DNA of 35,645 nt from Intoshia linei (Eukaryota > Animalia > Orthonectida). The stretch spans positions 1-35,645 of the forward strand of contig LWCA01000264.1 of assembly GCA_001642005.1 (NCBI GenBank). Reading direction: 5' to 3'. A program made the translations under genes and the position numbers. The notes below the pieces were generated by a model, which was not told the origin of the DNA, ran no database searches, and saw nothing but the letters and a program-made list of their open reading frames with translations. This document shows, one piece after another, positions 12,338-25,992 of the stretch (position 1 is its first letter; each line of letters opens with the position of its first letter).

Positions 12338-12689
12338 TAAATAAACCCTGTACTGGTTTTGGCTCACTTTCAGGCAAATTTATGGTAAGTAAAAAACCGA
12401 TTCACGATTAAACTAATATAGACGCACTAATTTAATAATTTAAATTTATTATTTTGATTTTAAATTTAACTCGCGTGAAAATTCTAGAAAAAATGAAAGC
12501 ATCAAAAATATTGACCACAAAACTAAATAAATAATAAAAATATCAACATTTTAATTGTTTTAATTAAAAGAAACTGATTATGAAAAAGATTATTGTCACG
12601 GTTTTTCTGTTGTAGTAGCAATAATGTATGTCCGTTAAAACCAAGTTACTCTAAACAAATATTTTAGAAAAACATATTAATTAATACTA

Positions 12690-15600
12690 ATGTCGATGGC
12701 TATATCCACAATGTTCTACCAGTATGGTATACTGGGAGAATTGCAAGGAAATATATTTTTCATGGATGAGTCAACTGTGATATACCCGTCCGGCAAAAAT
12801 GTAATATTGCACAATATAGAAATGCACTCACAAAAATTTATACCATTGAATGAAAAAATGACTAGTATTAATGCAATGGCCATTAGTCCAAATAGACGTT
12901 ATTTGGCCGTATCAGAAACTTTACCAGATAGGCCAATTATATCAATTTTCGATTTACACACGTTAAGAAAGCGAAAAATATTATCCACTATTGAAATCAC
13001 TTCTAAAAATATAATCAGTATAGCTTTTTCCCCAGATTCTAAATACATACTTGCTCAAAGTGGTGAACCCGATTGGATGCTTGTCTATTGGATATGGGAA
13101 AAATCAAAAATATTAGCAACCATAAAATCTTGCACTCAACCAAATTGTTTTGTTAGTCAGGTACCAACACATTAAATTAATATTACCATTTTTTAATTAA
13201 AAAAATTAGATTAGTTTTAATCCACAAGATAATACTCAAGTGTGCATTATTGGTCAAGGCGTGTTTAAAATATATAGATATAATGAAAATGCTTTTAAAC
13301 AAGTCTCATTTCAAAAAATTGAAATTCAAGAATTTACATGTCATTCATGGTTGGCTGATGATCGACTCGCAATAGGAACGTTGACTGGAAAAATTTTAAT
13401 TTTTGACTGTGGTGAGTTAAAAGTTGAATTGGATTGTACAACTATGAGCGAATTGGAAGAGTAAAAAATTTTTAATGTTTTTAAAATGATTGTTAGGAAA
13501 CAAGCAAAATTATTAGATACTTTTGCTCTAGGTACCGGTCAAATCAATTTTATTATGGCGTACGGTAAATCACTTATGGTTTCTTGTGGGAATGGACTTA
13601 TTCAATACTTTGAAAAAAGTGAAATAAAAGATGGTATCAATTATAGACGAGGCAGGCAGTACATTGTAATTTTATTCATTTCAATTAAAAATTTTTTGAG
13701 ATGATAAATACCCTCGTGGTTATGACGTAACGTTCAGAGCCGAAACTACTAAGCTTGAGGTCATCCAAAAATTCAAATTGTCCCATTTTTTTTGCATACC
13801 ATGCATCGTGTCGTATGGCCCCTAGCTTCCTAGGCTCTTGGCTGAGGGTTTTAATTTTAATATACCAAATATTTATGATATTCAATAATATATTATTTTT
13901 CAATACTCAATTTGGAAAAATGAGACCCAAGTTTACCAAACTTTTGTCGAGATCGCAAATAGAGGTATCAGGTATGATAGATTTTCCACTGATAACAAAT
14001 ACGAATCTATTTATATTTATGATTATCGATATTATACTATTGCAAATAATATTTTTAAGATACCGAAAGACACTACAAACTATGATTCATCATCTAATTT
14101 ACGACATAATATCAATTCCATTGGGCTCAGTCCTCAAGAAAGTTTATTTGTTTGTTCAACAGACACGAAACAAATTTTTACAGCTCAATTCAGTACGACA
14201 GATATTGCGAAGGTACATTGTATTTTTGTTATTCTATAAGTTTATAACAGCCAGCCACATTGTGGCTGTTACCCAATTAATATAATATATAAATCATAAA
14301 GTTGTTGCAATTATATGCGAGAAAATAAAATGTATAAAAAATCGTCGAAGCTTTTATATAATTTAGTCATGCACCTTTCATATTTAGCATTTTAAACTTT
14401 TAGATGGAGCAATGTCATGTGTCATATCTCTCTGAACAATTCCATTCAGCAATGGTTACTGGACTAGATATGTGTATTAGAAAGCCCATGATAGCGACAT
14501 GTTCCACAGATAGATCGATTCATATATGGAACTTTGAAACATGGTATACTTTTTTTATATCCGTATACAAAATTAATTAATGTACATAAAATTGAAATTA
14601 AATCCAAAATTCAAATAAAATAAATTTAAACTTAAATTAAATTTGAAAATCAATAGTTACTAAAAGTTTTAAACTATTAAATTTTTAAAAGATCAAATTT
14701 TAATTTTATATATTAAAAAATTGCTTTTTGAATTAATTGTAAAAGAGTAAAATATTCACTAATATACGTTTTTTCATAATGAAAATATCAATTACTTGGT
14801 TGAATAAACTGTGATGAAATAAACTATTTTTTAAAATCTATACTATTGAATTTTAATTAAAATTTCAAAATATTGGGCTATGAAATGGTAATTTACGTTT
14901 TTGATCGTAAATATGCACATTTCTGATATTAAAAATTGTGGTAAGACGTTCAATAAAAAAACTGTCTTAGTATTTGAGTCCTTTCAAGTTATAAGTCTTT
15001 AATTGTTTTAAATAACTGCTTATATATATATTATGTATATATTATTATGCTATAACATTGAATTAAGGTATTACGTCAATGAAATAAATTTGTCGTGATA
15101 TCATGTATACATTCCAGATTGCTTTTTTAACAGTGAAGACGTCCATTTCAGATATTTGAATCTCATAAAAATGGGATGAAAAATGAAAAAGTTATTATTA
15201 TAGAATAATACCATGCTTAGTTTTCACGTTACATTTCTTTAAATCATTTTAAAAAATAAAATTATGGTCAAATGAGACTATACTATGATTTTTATCACAT
15301 GTTGAAAGCCAATGTCGGTTCTTTTTTATATTTTGGTAAGAGCTACTTCGTTAATATGCATAGTATGTTGGGTTTTTAGTTGATAATTATAATTATAGGG
15401 AAAATAATTAAAATAATAGAACCACATAAGTTTTAAATTAAACACGTTTTTAGGTTGCGACGTTGTGAATTATACATCTCTAATCATACTTTTAGCTGTT
15501 TGGAACATTTTAAAAGCTTTGCGGAAGAAGCATTTAGCATTGCCATTCATCCAAGTGGGTTATACATCTGTGTTGGATTCAGTGATAAGTTACGATTGAT

Positions 15601-18600
15601 GAATATTCTCATAGATGACATACGTACATTTTTAGAAATACCGATCAGAGCATGCAAAGAAGTAATATTGAATATAATTCAAAAAACAGTGACCTATCTT
15701 GGTTTTGTCGCCTATGATTATTAAAATTTTAAAATTTCATATATGTACTATAATCTTATACTTATAATCTACTCGAAGAACATTTTGAGTCATACACCAA
15801 TCATTTCCCAAAAACATACTTTTCAAAAGAAGTGGGCCACACATAATCTAGAAATTTTTTTTAATAGAAGTCTGTTAAAATCTGTCTAAATATTACATTT
15901 ACTGAAAAGAGAAAATCAGAAAGGTTGCCAATCCCTCATCGACAGTATACAATGTATAGGATACACTAGGGGTGGACAAAATTTTTAATATCAAACGTAC
16001 CCCCTACCACCCGATAAGCAATTTGAATACCTTCAATTTGCACCAAATAACACTTCACAACTCTTTAAAAACCCTCGGACAATGCCTCTAAAGTTTTGAA
16101 CGATGTATCGCTCACGTAGCTAATATTTATGAATTTTTTTTAAACTTTTTATTGATTTAACTTTTTTTTTAATTTTAAAATGGTTATTTGTAATTAATTA
16201 ACATTTGAAAGAATTATATTAACGCATACATACGATATTGGAGAGATTAATCATCATTTTTATCAAATTCACTTGTAAAATAGTGTCAAAATAAATTTAC
16301 ATGCCGTAACGAGATAGTTGAATGTGAATAATACATTTTACTGATAATAATTAGCATGATATGATCCAGCGAGATATTAACAAAAATTTCAAACCAAATT
16401 GTATTAATTATTCTAAATTCTCAATTTTTACATAGTTCCCATATGCCCATGAGATCTAATTTGCTAGTCCTGAATTATGAGGTTAATTAGGACCTAATAA
16501 ATTGTAAATTTAACAAAAATATCCTGTATACTTCAAAATAAATTAGATAATTAATTTTTTAAATGGGTCACCCTCAAAAATTGGTGAAAAACATTTAATT
16601 TTTTTATTTCGCTTGATAAAATTAAACTTGATCTAGTTATTAACTTGCCACACCTTAATTTTAAATTATATTCATCTGTTATTCAATCATCAATTATGAC
16701 GATTATTCATAACTATGAAATTAACTATATGAAATAATATCATAATGTTCAATTATTCAAATTTTGAAGTGCTTTGCCCCAAAGGTTTTTAAATCCATTT
16801 TGAATTACTTTTTTCAGATTGTCAGTATTTAACTCTCTCTTTATCGTACGTGGGTATACTTTTGTATTTTCCAAAAAAAGTGCAAAATTCACACCCCCAG
16901 TATACACTGTATGGTGTATGTTAAAAATGGATAATAAAAAATTACTTGATTTTTATTCTGATTTACTCATTTGTTAATTATTTTAAATTTAGTGTAGTTT
17001 CAGCAACGGAGGTCATTTATTTGCAGTTGTAAGTGGAAATTTGGTTCAAATTTTTTCCAGTACAAGTTACCAAAATATAATGAATTTGAAAGGACACAAC
17101 GGTAAAGTAAAAGACATAAAATGGAGTATTGATGACACAAGACTTTACACGTGTGGCATGGACGGAGCAATATATGAATGGGAAGCTAGTACTGGAAAAA
17201 GACTTAGCGATTCCGTTTTAAAATCTTGTAGTTACAATTCAATTTGTCTAGGAATAGATGAAAATGCAATTTATGCAGTTGGAACGGATAGAAAATTAAA
17301 AAAAATAATGGAATCTCAAGTAATAAACTAATTAAACAATAATTATGTTCATAAAAAACGATATGCATTATTATGTTTAGATTGTTCGTGAAATAAATTT
17401 GACTGATGGTATGATGACATCGTTGGTTATAAGTAAATCTGGCAGAATGATGTTTGGTGGAATGGATAATGGCTCTTTAAGAATTGTCAAATTTCCATTA
17501 ACAACACCAGTAGAGTGGACCAATGTTCAGGCTCACAATAGCAAAATTGTTAAGGTAATCCTTACCTACAATATATATAACGGAATGTTTGTGTATGCCT
17601 TCATAATCACAATTTATCAATAATTTTATGTAGTAGTGCCGAACATACGGTACCTCTAGACCCCTCTCCGGAATCTCAAAGAAATTTTGGTATGGTGGGG
17701 ACCCCATTTTTCCAAATTGACTATTAAAAAAAATGTACTTGAGATATCATATGATAACTATTTTGTGTAATAAATTTAAAATGTAATGCCCGGAGTTTTG
17801 GATAGTTGACTACGGCTGTATGACACTACGCATCGTTGGCAAAAAAAACTTAGGCCATATTTTTAATTTTCGAATGACATCGAGTTTGATAGGTTCAGAA
17901 AAAATCGAATTGTATACTATTTTAAAAAATTTCATTTCATTTCTTTATCTTTAAATCTTTAAAAATAATTACTTTCTATTTCTTCTATTCTCATTTTCAC
18001 AATTAAATATGAAAAAATTCAATGAAAATAAATGTAAATTTAAATTAAATAGGAAAATCAATAATTATAAAACGTTTTAAACTAATATTACATCAAATAA
18101 ATTTTCACTCATTTTACTTTTATAAATAAGAATATTTTAAAATTGAATTTTACAGTAAGATTAAAAAATAAATAATTAAAATGGTTTTTTCCGGTTGAGA
18201 AATTAGCACATACAATTTGATAAATACAATGTATTTCGTACTATCTTACTGATAATCCAAAAATATAGGTTTCAATTTTAGAAAATAAAAGTTGATCAAT
18301 TTGCAGCGTATTTGATTTAAAACATTTAGTAACTATGGATTTTCAAATTTAATTTAAATTTTAATCTGATTATTATTATTAGACTAATTACTAATAATTA
18401 GTGAATTATATGTTCAATTTTATTTTTCTAAAAATAAAAAGATAAAATAAAATATAAAAAAGTGCTTTTTTTAGTATTTAATAACTTTAAATATGTTTCA
18501 AGATATAATTTAATTTTTGTAGTTGAAAATATCATTTGACGATCAATATTTAACAAGTGTGTCTGACGATGCAAGCGTCATTATTTGGACAATTCATGAT

Positions 18601-20724
18601 AGAGAAGGAAGGAAAATTAAAAAAGAAAAAGAAATACCGTATGCGGAAGAAATTTTAATAACAAAATCAGATTTACAAGAAAAGGTAAATTTAATAATAG
18701 TACTTGATAATCATTTTAGAATACTTTAATGTGTGAATTAAAAGTACGAGTAGAAGAAATGAAAATGGAAAATGAATATCAAATTAGATTGAAAGATATG
18801 AGTCATAATGAAAAAATGCAAGAATTGACAGACAAATTTATAATGGAGATGGAATCTCTCAAAACCAAAAACCAGGTTAAATTATATTATATAACGATTT
18901 TTATTTCAACAGGTCTTGAAAGGCGACAAAGATAAACAAGAACTGACACACACCGAAACAATAAACGAACTTGTAGAAAAAAATACTAAAGAATTTCATG
19001 AATTGGGTATTTTTAAACATGATTTCATTAGAATTATGATAATTGAACATTTAAATGATGTATCTTTAATTTAGAAACTGCAAACAATCAAAAGTTAATG
19101 CTGGAATATGAAAAATTACAAGAGTTGCAATCCAAGTCACAAAGAATGCAAGAAGAATATGAATGGCAGCTTAATGAAGTAGAAAACAGTCGAAAAGCTG
19201 AAATTGAGAAATTTACTCAATTTTATGAATCCAAAGTGAAAGAAAAAACGGTACAGCTGGATATGGCACACGACGAAGCAAAGCAAAAAAGTTTAGAATA
19301 CGAAGAAACAAAAAAACAAATTGAAGAAGATGCTGACCATGAATGCATAGATTTAAAAAATCGATATGAACGAAGATTAAGAGAAGAAAAAGAAGCCAAT
19401 GTTAAATTGAAAGGAGAATTTAGCATTATCAAAAAAAATGTAATTATAATTGAAAATGTATAGATTGACCAATTTAGTCATTAAGTCTACAAAAAGCCAT
19501 TGATGACCATAAATCTGAAATTAAAAATTACATGAAGGACATTAACAAACTTAATATAAACATTAAGAATCTAGAAAAAGATATTTCAGGCTTAAAAAAA
19601 GAAGTTGCAGAAAGAGATGAAACTATACAAGACAAAGTAATACATTAATTAATTAAAATGTCAAGATATTTACATTTAAACCAGGAAAAAAGAATTTATG
19701 ATTTGAAAAAGAAAAATCAAGAACTCGAAAAATTCAAATTTGTATTGGATTACAAAATAAAGGAATTGAAAAAACAAATTGAACCTAGAGAAAATGATAT
19801 AAAGGAAATGAAGGAACAAATTCAAGAGGTAAACAAATGATTACATTAGATTTTACAATAATAATTGAACATTTTAAGATGGAAAGTGAACTAGAAAGAT
19901 TTAGTAAACAAAATGAATCGTTAATCATGCAAAATGAAGCAAGTCGGGAAAAGTTGTCTGCAAATGAAAAAGAAATTCGCAATGAACGCCAAAAAGTTTA
20001 TTATAAAAAAATAAAAATATTTATTTATTTCAATTTTTTAGATACGTGACGCTCAATTGGTCGTAAAAAGATTTAGAACAGATTTGCATAATTGTGTCGG
20101 ATATATACAATATCCTCAATTATTGAAAGACGCCGTTAGAGCAATGAACACTAAATATCAAAGTCAATCTGAGAATCAATCAGCCGCTATTGATGGCGAC
20201 ATACAAAAAGAATATGCCAGACAACATGAACATTTAGGTTTTAATATTATCCATTGTGATTTATAATAAAAATTAGAACACAGTGTGACTTCAGTGCGTA
20301 AAAAATTGAAAAAAGTGACGGCCATGCATAAATTAGACAATGTACGCATAATGCAAGAAAATGTTAGCCTTATTCGAGAAATTAACGAATTGCGCAAAGA
20401 ATTAAAGGTAAATCTGAACATTAAATGTATATTGCTAGATTTCACGTATAAGAGTGCACGACCTTGAAGCGGCTTTAGGGTTACATAGAAAGGCTAATCG
20501 GCAAAATGCAAACGAGATTTTAGCTCAACTAACTAAATCTAATAAAAATGCAATTCTCAAGTATTTTAATTTTTTAAATAAACGCAATTTTAAAATTCAG
20601 ACACAAATTACAAGAAAAAAAAAATTTGATTGAAGAACAAAAAGAACACATTGAAAGACTTTCTAAAATAAACCAAGATAACGAAGAAAAAATTAAAAAC
20701 AATGTAATTGTAAACAGTTCATAA
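12690..20724 (+). CDS. CFAP57: Cilia- and flagella-associated protein 57 (WDR65); WD40 repeats plus long coiled coil, 19 exons
   Basis: Exons 12690-13160, 13210-13460, 13497-13665, 14060-14212, 14404-14543, 15496-15661, 16993-17319, 17381-17554, 18523-18684, 18720-18875, 18913-19006, 19075-19439, 19478-19636, 19685-19828, 19879-19995, 20042-20237, 20277-20407, 20439-20560, 20601-20724. Motifs [85 protein letters not shown] and [17 protein letters not shown]. Confidence 0.97.
15962..16904. mobile_element. MITE-like element with long imperfect terminal inverted repeats
   Basis: Left end TACACTAGGGGTGGACAAAATTT...GTACCCCCTACCACCCGATAA. Right end (reverse complement) TATACTGGGGGTGTGAATTTT...GTATACCCACGTACGATAA. 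Confidence 0.55.
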
Positions 20725-20762
20725 TAGTATCAAATTTAATCAATTTGTATATTAAACATAAA

Positions 20763-23700
20763 TCAAGTTAATAATTTGTTTGCTTTCGTATAAAGAGAAT
20801 CAACAACCTCGTTGAATCGATTAATTATGGTTAGGCAAGTTTCATATTCAGAATCCTTACTGTCTTTGTCAATAATTTCCAATATCCCAACCTTTTGATC
20901 AATTATTCCTATTTAAACAAAAATTAATGCACGAATGATGATATATAAAAGGGTAATGCCAAAATTACCATCAAGTTTCTTGTCCAAAATCATCTTTGAC
21001 AAGTGACGTTCAATGTCCTTCTATTTTAATTTTAGAATAAACAAAATAATAAATTACAGTAGGTAGATTAATCAATCCAGCAATATGAGAAATCTAAATT
21101 TAATTCATTCACCCCTTGATAATAAAAATAATAAACCTGAACAAAGGAAAATGGTTCCACCAGTTTAATCAAATTTTGTTCCATCATATGAGTATACAAA
21201 ACTTTTAAATGTGTTTTTATCACCACATCTTGGTCCAATTCTTCCTTGTGGTCGTCAAGCACCTAAAATTTACAAAATAATACACATTTTAATAAGATAA
21301 CAGAGATAATGATGGATAAGAAAAATAATATTCCGTCCACAATGTTTAATATTATTTACATTTATATCACTCAAAATTATAACCTTTTGAAAATCAAAAA
21401 GAGATCGATTTTTAGCAGCTTGGGCAATTCTTTTCATGGCTTCAATATGTTTTCCAGCATATTTTAATGCCATTTTCCCTGATATAATCGACATAACTTC
21501 CTTAGAGCTAAAATTTGAACAATAAATTAAAAAGGCATTTAATAAATCAAGCGAATAATTATCTATCTAATTCTGACATTCAAAACGGGTAGTTGCGAAT
21601 TTTTTCAGTCATTTTTATTTTTAACTTTTTTAATTAAATTATTAAAAAAGAAAATCCCATCATAAATTAAAAATGTTGTAATAAAGAAATTAATGAAGAT
21701 TATGAAATATCATGTGGTCGATTTTAAAGTTCAAAAAATGTGTTAATACCTCTATGGATCGGTGTTCAATGTTATCGTTTACTTATTTAAAATTGAATAT
21801 CCATGTGTTACCGTATATTTAAAAATGTATCAGTCGTAGAATTTCAAAAAGCCAATTTCGAATAATTTTTTGCAGTGGACATTAATATCTATTTTTCAGT
21901 TTCCGAATTTGAGTCCTGCAAGGTCATAAACCAAATGTACCCTTTTGTTTAAAAATAAAATTAACCGAAAAATGTAATAAAACATAAATTCTGGGATGCA
22001 TTTTAAAATCATTAACATTATCGTAAACTCAGCCTCAGTAAACGCACAAATTCATAGTCAAACCACTAATTACCCTTCGTTTTCAAAATGAAACATGTGC
22101 TAAAATTTTATAAAACATAAATTGTGGGATAGTTTTTAAAATTGTAAAAATTATCATAAATGGCAACCTCAAAAAAGTTTAAAATTTATAAAAAAATACA
22201 AAATAGAAATTCAATCTGGCAAAGTGACGCTTTCACAGTCAAAAAAAAAACTTTAGTATTAATTTTTTTATTAATTAACAAAAAATTTAAAATGATTAAC
22301 GGTCCTACAATTAAAAAAAGATTATTATCATACAGCTTATTGTCATATATATTATATCCAATTGACATAAATATAGAATTTCAACAAGATACATATAGTA
22401 ATTGTGATTTCCCGGGAAATGACAAAAATCAAAAACCGGAAAATTTAATGTTTAATTTCCTAAGATAAATAAAAATTTTTATTCATATATAATATAGAAG
22501 CATTAAAAAAAATTTTAGAGACCTTAATTAAGTTTAGAAACAAAAAGAAATTTAATTAATGAAATAACACGAATCTAGATTGAAATTTACAAATTTAATT
22601 AGAAAAAAATTTATTTATTTTAGATTATTGAAAAAGTGTCTCAAAACACACATAATATTGATAGATTCGTCTTTTAAACGCGTTCTACGTTTTGTAATGA
22701 AAAAAAACGCAGTAGAAAAATTTATAGTTATTAAAATTTATTTTTAAAATTTTTACTTAGGTTGAACGGTTATAGGGGCTTCCTTTAATTTTAACAATCT
22801 TGATGATAGCGTTCCAATTCGTAATAACTCATAATATTTTTCAAAATAATATTGGGAAAAAAGGATAATTCCCTTAAGCGTTAGTAATTTGTGGTTGGAA
22901 TAAGAGGTTTTTAAAAAAAGTATTGGAAACAGAATATTTTTCCATTAAAGGCTGGAAAATTATATTTTTTATTTGTGGTTTGATAAAGTGCATTTTTTTC
23001 ATAAGATTTCGTAATCTCGGATTTTTGAAAAAAATATCCGTGTAAGTCAATTTTTCCATGAGGGCTTGAAATGGTATTTTTGATTAAATTTTATTAGTAG
23101 TGGGATTTTTGAAATGGTATATTTTATATATTATAATTTATAATAATCATATTTTCATGGTAATAACAAACATAAATCAAATACAGGTATGTCTCAATTT
23201 TTTTTCGGGAAATCCCGGGAAATCGTAAAAATCTCGGGAATTTTTATTCTTTATTTTATTTAATTTTAAATTTTATTTATATCTAAATTTTCAGATTAAT
23301 TATAAGGAATTCAGCCCTCATTAAAATCATAAATAAATGAGCTAGAACTGAATTTAAAAAAACAAAATGTACCCAAAAATATAGTAAACACCATAGCTAT
23401 ATAAACCAACTCAAATCCTATAATACTTTAAAAAAATTGTTTCATATCTACCTTAACATTTCTATATTAATTTAAATAATTGCATTTAAAGGATGGTAAA
23501 TATACAAAAATATTAACCTTGAAAATTCTGCCTTCGGTAGAATTATGTAATGTTTGTACAAACTACATAACATAATAGCTAGTATCTTATAAAAAAATAT
23601 ACCTTTCACTCATAATCTTCGACATCAACATATACTTTAAGCATGTCATGGCATTTAAGTGGTTAATGGAATCGTATCCTTCAAAAGCTTCATAAAAATA

Positions 23701-25218
23701 AGAATACGCAGTTTTAAAGTCATTTTCCTCGGTAGAATGCAAAATTCCTACATATTAAAAATATAAAATTAATTGAAAACCTGATTGCATATCCAAAGAA
23801 GCTTGTAGTCGTGGAGGGCAATATATACCATTTGCTGTTGTTCTACCGCTTGTTAGAGCACCTCTAAATTCATTAAAAATTTAATTAAAGTTCATAAAAT
23901 TATATAATACATATCGTTACAAATATTCAAATAAAGACAATGGAAGAACATTTCCTTATTTTAACTGTCCTATAAATTCACTCACGTGAAATAAAAAGGA
24001 ATTGGGAACAGTTTGACACGAGTAAAATGTTTCATTATTTGAAAAAAAATCTAGATAATTATACACCTATATAAATTAGCGGCATCAAATAAGGCTATAG
24101 ATTTCAAATGTTAAAAACGTACAATTGAAAATGAAATAAACAGTCAAATCTACAAAACGGAAATTTATAAACAAAATAAAAACCTGGATTTGAGAAAATT
24201 TCCCAAATGATAATAAATTTTACTCAGAGACAATTGAACTTGCACCAGAAGCGGCTTGTCGTCCAATTTTTTCAATTCAACTAATAATTTATCACCTAAA
24301 TTGATAGAAAATCAAAGTTACATTAAAAATTACCCAATTCAATTCCATTTTTAAATTGCTTCAAATTCAGATACAGTTCAATCAACTTTGACTAAGAAAA
24401 TTAAAAACGTCATTTTATATAAATTACTTGCAAAGTATTTCGCAAAAAAAAACGTTTTTCATTTTCAGCCCATTTAATACATTCGAGACAAATATCCACC
24501 TAATGTAATGATAAACATAACTGATATTAGTCTAAAATATAGTCATTTAACCAGGACCGTGGAGAGAGGCCTTATATATTAATTTAATAATATGTAACGT
24601 TGGAAATTTTTTTCAAAATATTATTATTAAAAAAAAAGTTTTTATTACATCATAATTAAAATACGGAGTGACAAATATAATATAAAAATTAATAATAATT
24701 ACTTCATATCCAAATTTTTCAGTAATATCCAATAAATCATTCAATAGACAACGTATCAATTTAGCTGCTTTGGGTTTACTAATTTCTTTGAGAAAAGGCC
24801 GTATAAATTTAATTAAATTTGCCAAAGCTATTAAAATGAATTAATTTTGTAACCAAAATGAAAATTAAAAATTAAAAATAAAAAAATTATAATTGCAAAC
24901 ATAACATAACTATGACAAGATTCACTAAAATTATCGCTAAAATTGTACAACTAAAATCTACAGTAGTTACCTTATCGGCTCCATAACGCGGTAATGATTA
25001 CAATAAACGTAAAAAGATTACACTCAGTATCTTGGCGTTTTGAATAAAGTTTTGAAAGTTTAAGAATATACTTTTCTTTTTGTTTGGCAGATAAGTCTGA
25101 TTTATTTGTTGTTTCAGAGGTGTAAACTATTTACCAAATTAAAATAAAACTTTTTCAAAATACCATTATTCTTTAAAAAGTCAAGCTCTTCATCGGTAAC
25201 GGTAATGATATCCAACAT
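20763..25218 (-). CDS. PSMD11: 26S proteasome non-ATPase regulatory subunit 11 (Rpn6), 13 exons
   Basis: Exons 25218-25164, 25126-25022, 24827-24703, 24499-24428, 24391-24334, 24295-24184, 23863-23781, 23747-23603, 21507-21384, 21262-21137, 21093-21058, 21020-20969, 20908-20763. Motifs [81 protein letters not shown] and VVDSLYTKA. Confidence 0.97.
21775..22395 (+). mobile_element. Helitron-like element, copy D (3' end not seen)
   Basis: Begins A|TCGTTTACTTATTTAAAATT and shares internal blocks with copies B, C and 34815-35005 (ATTAACGGT.CTACAATTAAAAAAA; AAGTGACGCTTTCACAGTCAAAAA). Confidence 0.68.
22396..23245. repeat. Probable MITE with clustered CCCGGGAAAT subterminal motifs
   Basis: TTTCCCGGGAAAT near 22408 and TTCGGGAAATCCCGGGAAATC...TCTCGGGAATT at 23204-23242. 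True termini are not resolved. Confidence 0.4.
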
Positions 25219-25992
25219 TTTTAAATTTAGTCTGAAATTAAATCAAGTAATTTTAACAAAAATTTATTGAATATCTATAGCTTTTGTTTAGTCATTAAAA
25301 TATAATAAAGTAAATTTAAATTTATTGACACGTAATTTGTCAAAATTATAAAGTAAAAATATTAACATTGATTTAACATTAACATGCAATGACATTTTTT
25401 TATTTTTTATAAATAAATTTTTAACATTGTGAATTAAAATTATGATTCATAATTTATATTTTAAAATTTAATCGTTAATATTATTATTTGAATCCCCAAT
25501 AACCTCAGTAACAATCATTGTTACAATTCAACATTTTTGCAAAAATATTTATGTAAATTTATCTTGAACGAAACAACAATTTTGTATGATACAACACAAA
25601 TATACCAAACTTCATTTGAACGCTATATAAAATATCAAGCAATGTGTTGATTAAATCAAATCTAAACAATTTTTATGGTATTGACTGAACAAAACAATAA
25701 GGCGTTACTACAAAGCTGTAGTGTACAACTGTAGAGTAATTAAAATACCACACAAATTTTCTTGCTACCGAAAGCTGCACTCATCTACCGAGTCTAATAG
25801 CAACATTACATCAATGTATCGTTTTAGAAACCAACTAATTACATTTTACACTTAGTTTAATATCGTCAATTTAAAATCCCATTATCACTACTTATTCCGA
25901 CAACGCATTTTCATTATAGTTAAATATCGCTCAGTTATTTGACATTTGATATTAAATTATTAAAATAAATCACTTTTACTGATAAACTATCA

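Noticed and set aside
13755-14285. 176-aa ORF on the + strand
   Set aside because: It spans intron sequence and a CFAP57 exon in the wrong frame, with no family motifs.
19223-20445. Minus-strand ORFs opposite CFAP57 (likewise 1768-1962, 4738-4920, 11916-12113, 26444-26743, 28070-28306, 33208-33405, 34380-34613)
   Set aside because: These are antisense shadows of real coding exons.
22160-22468. ORFs inside repeats (also 3959-4156, 29438-29975)
   Set aside because: They are AT-rich chance frames within Helitron-like copies.
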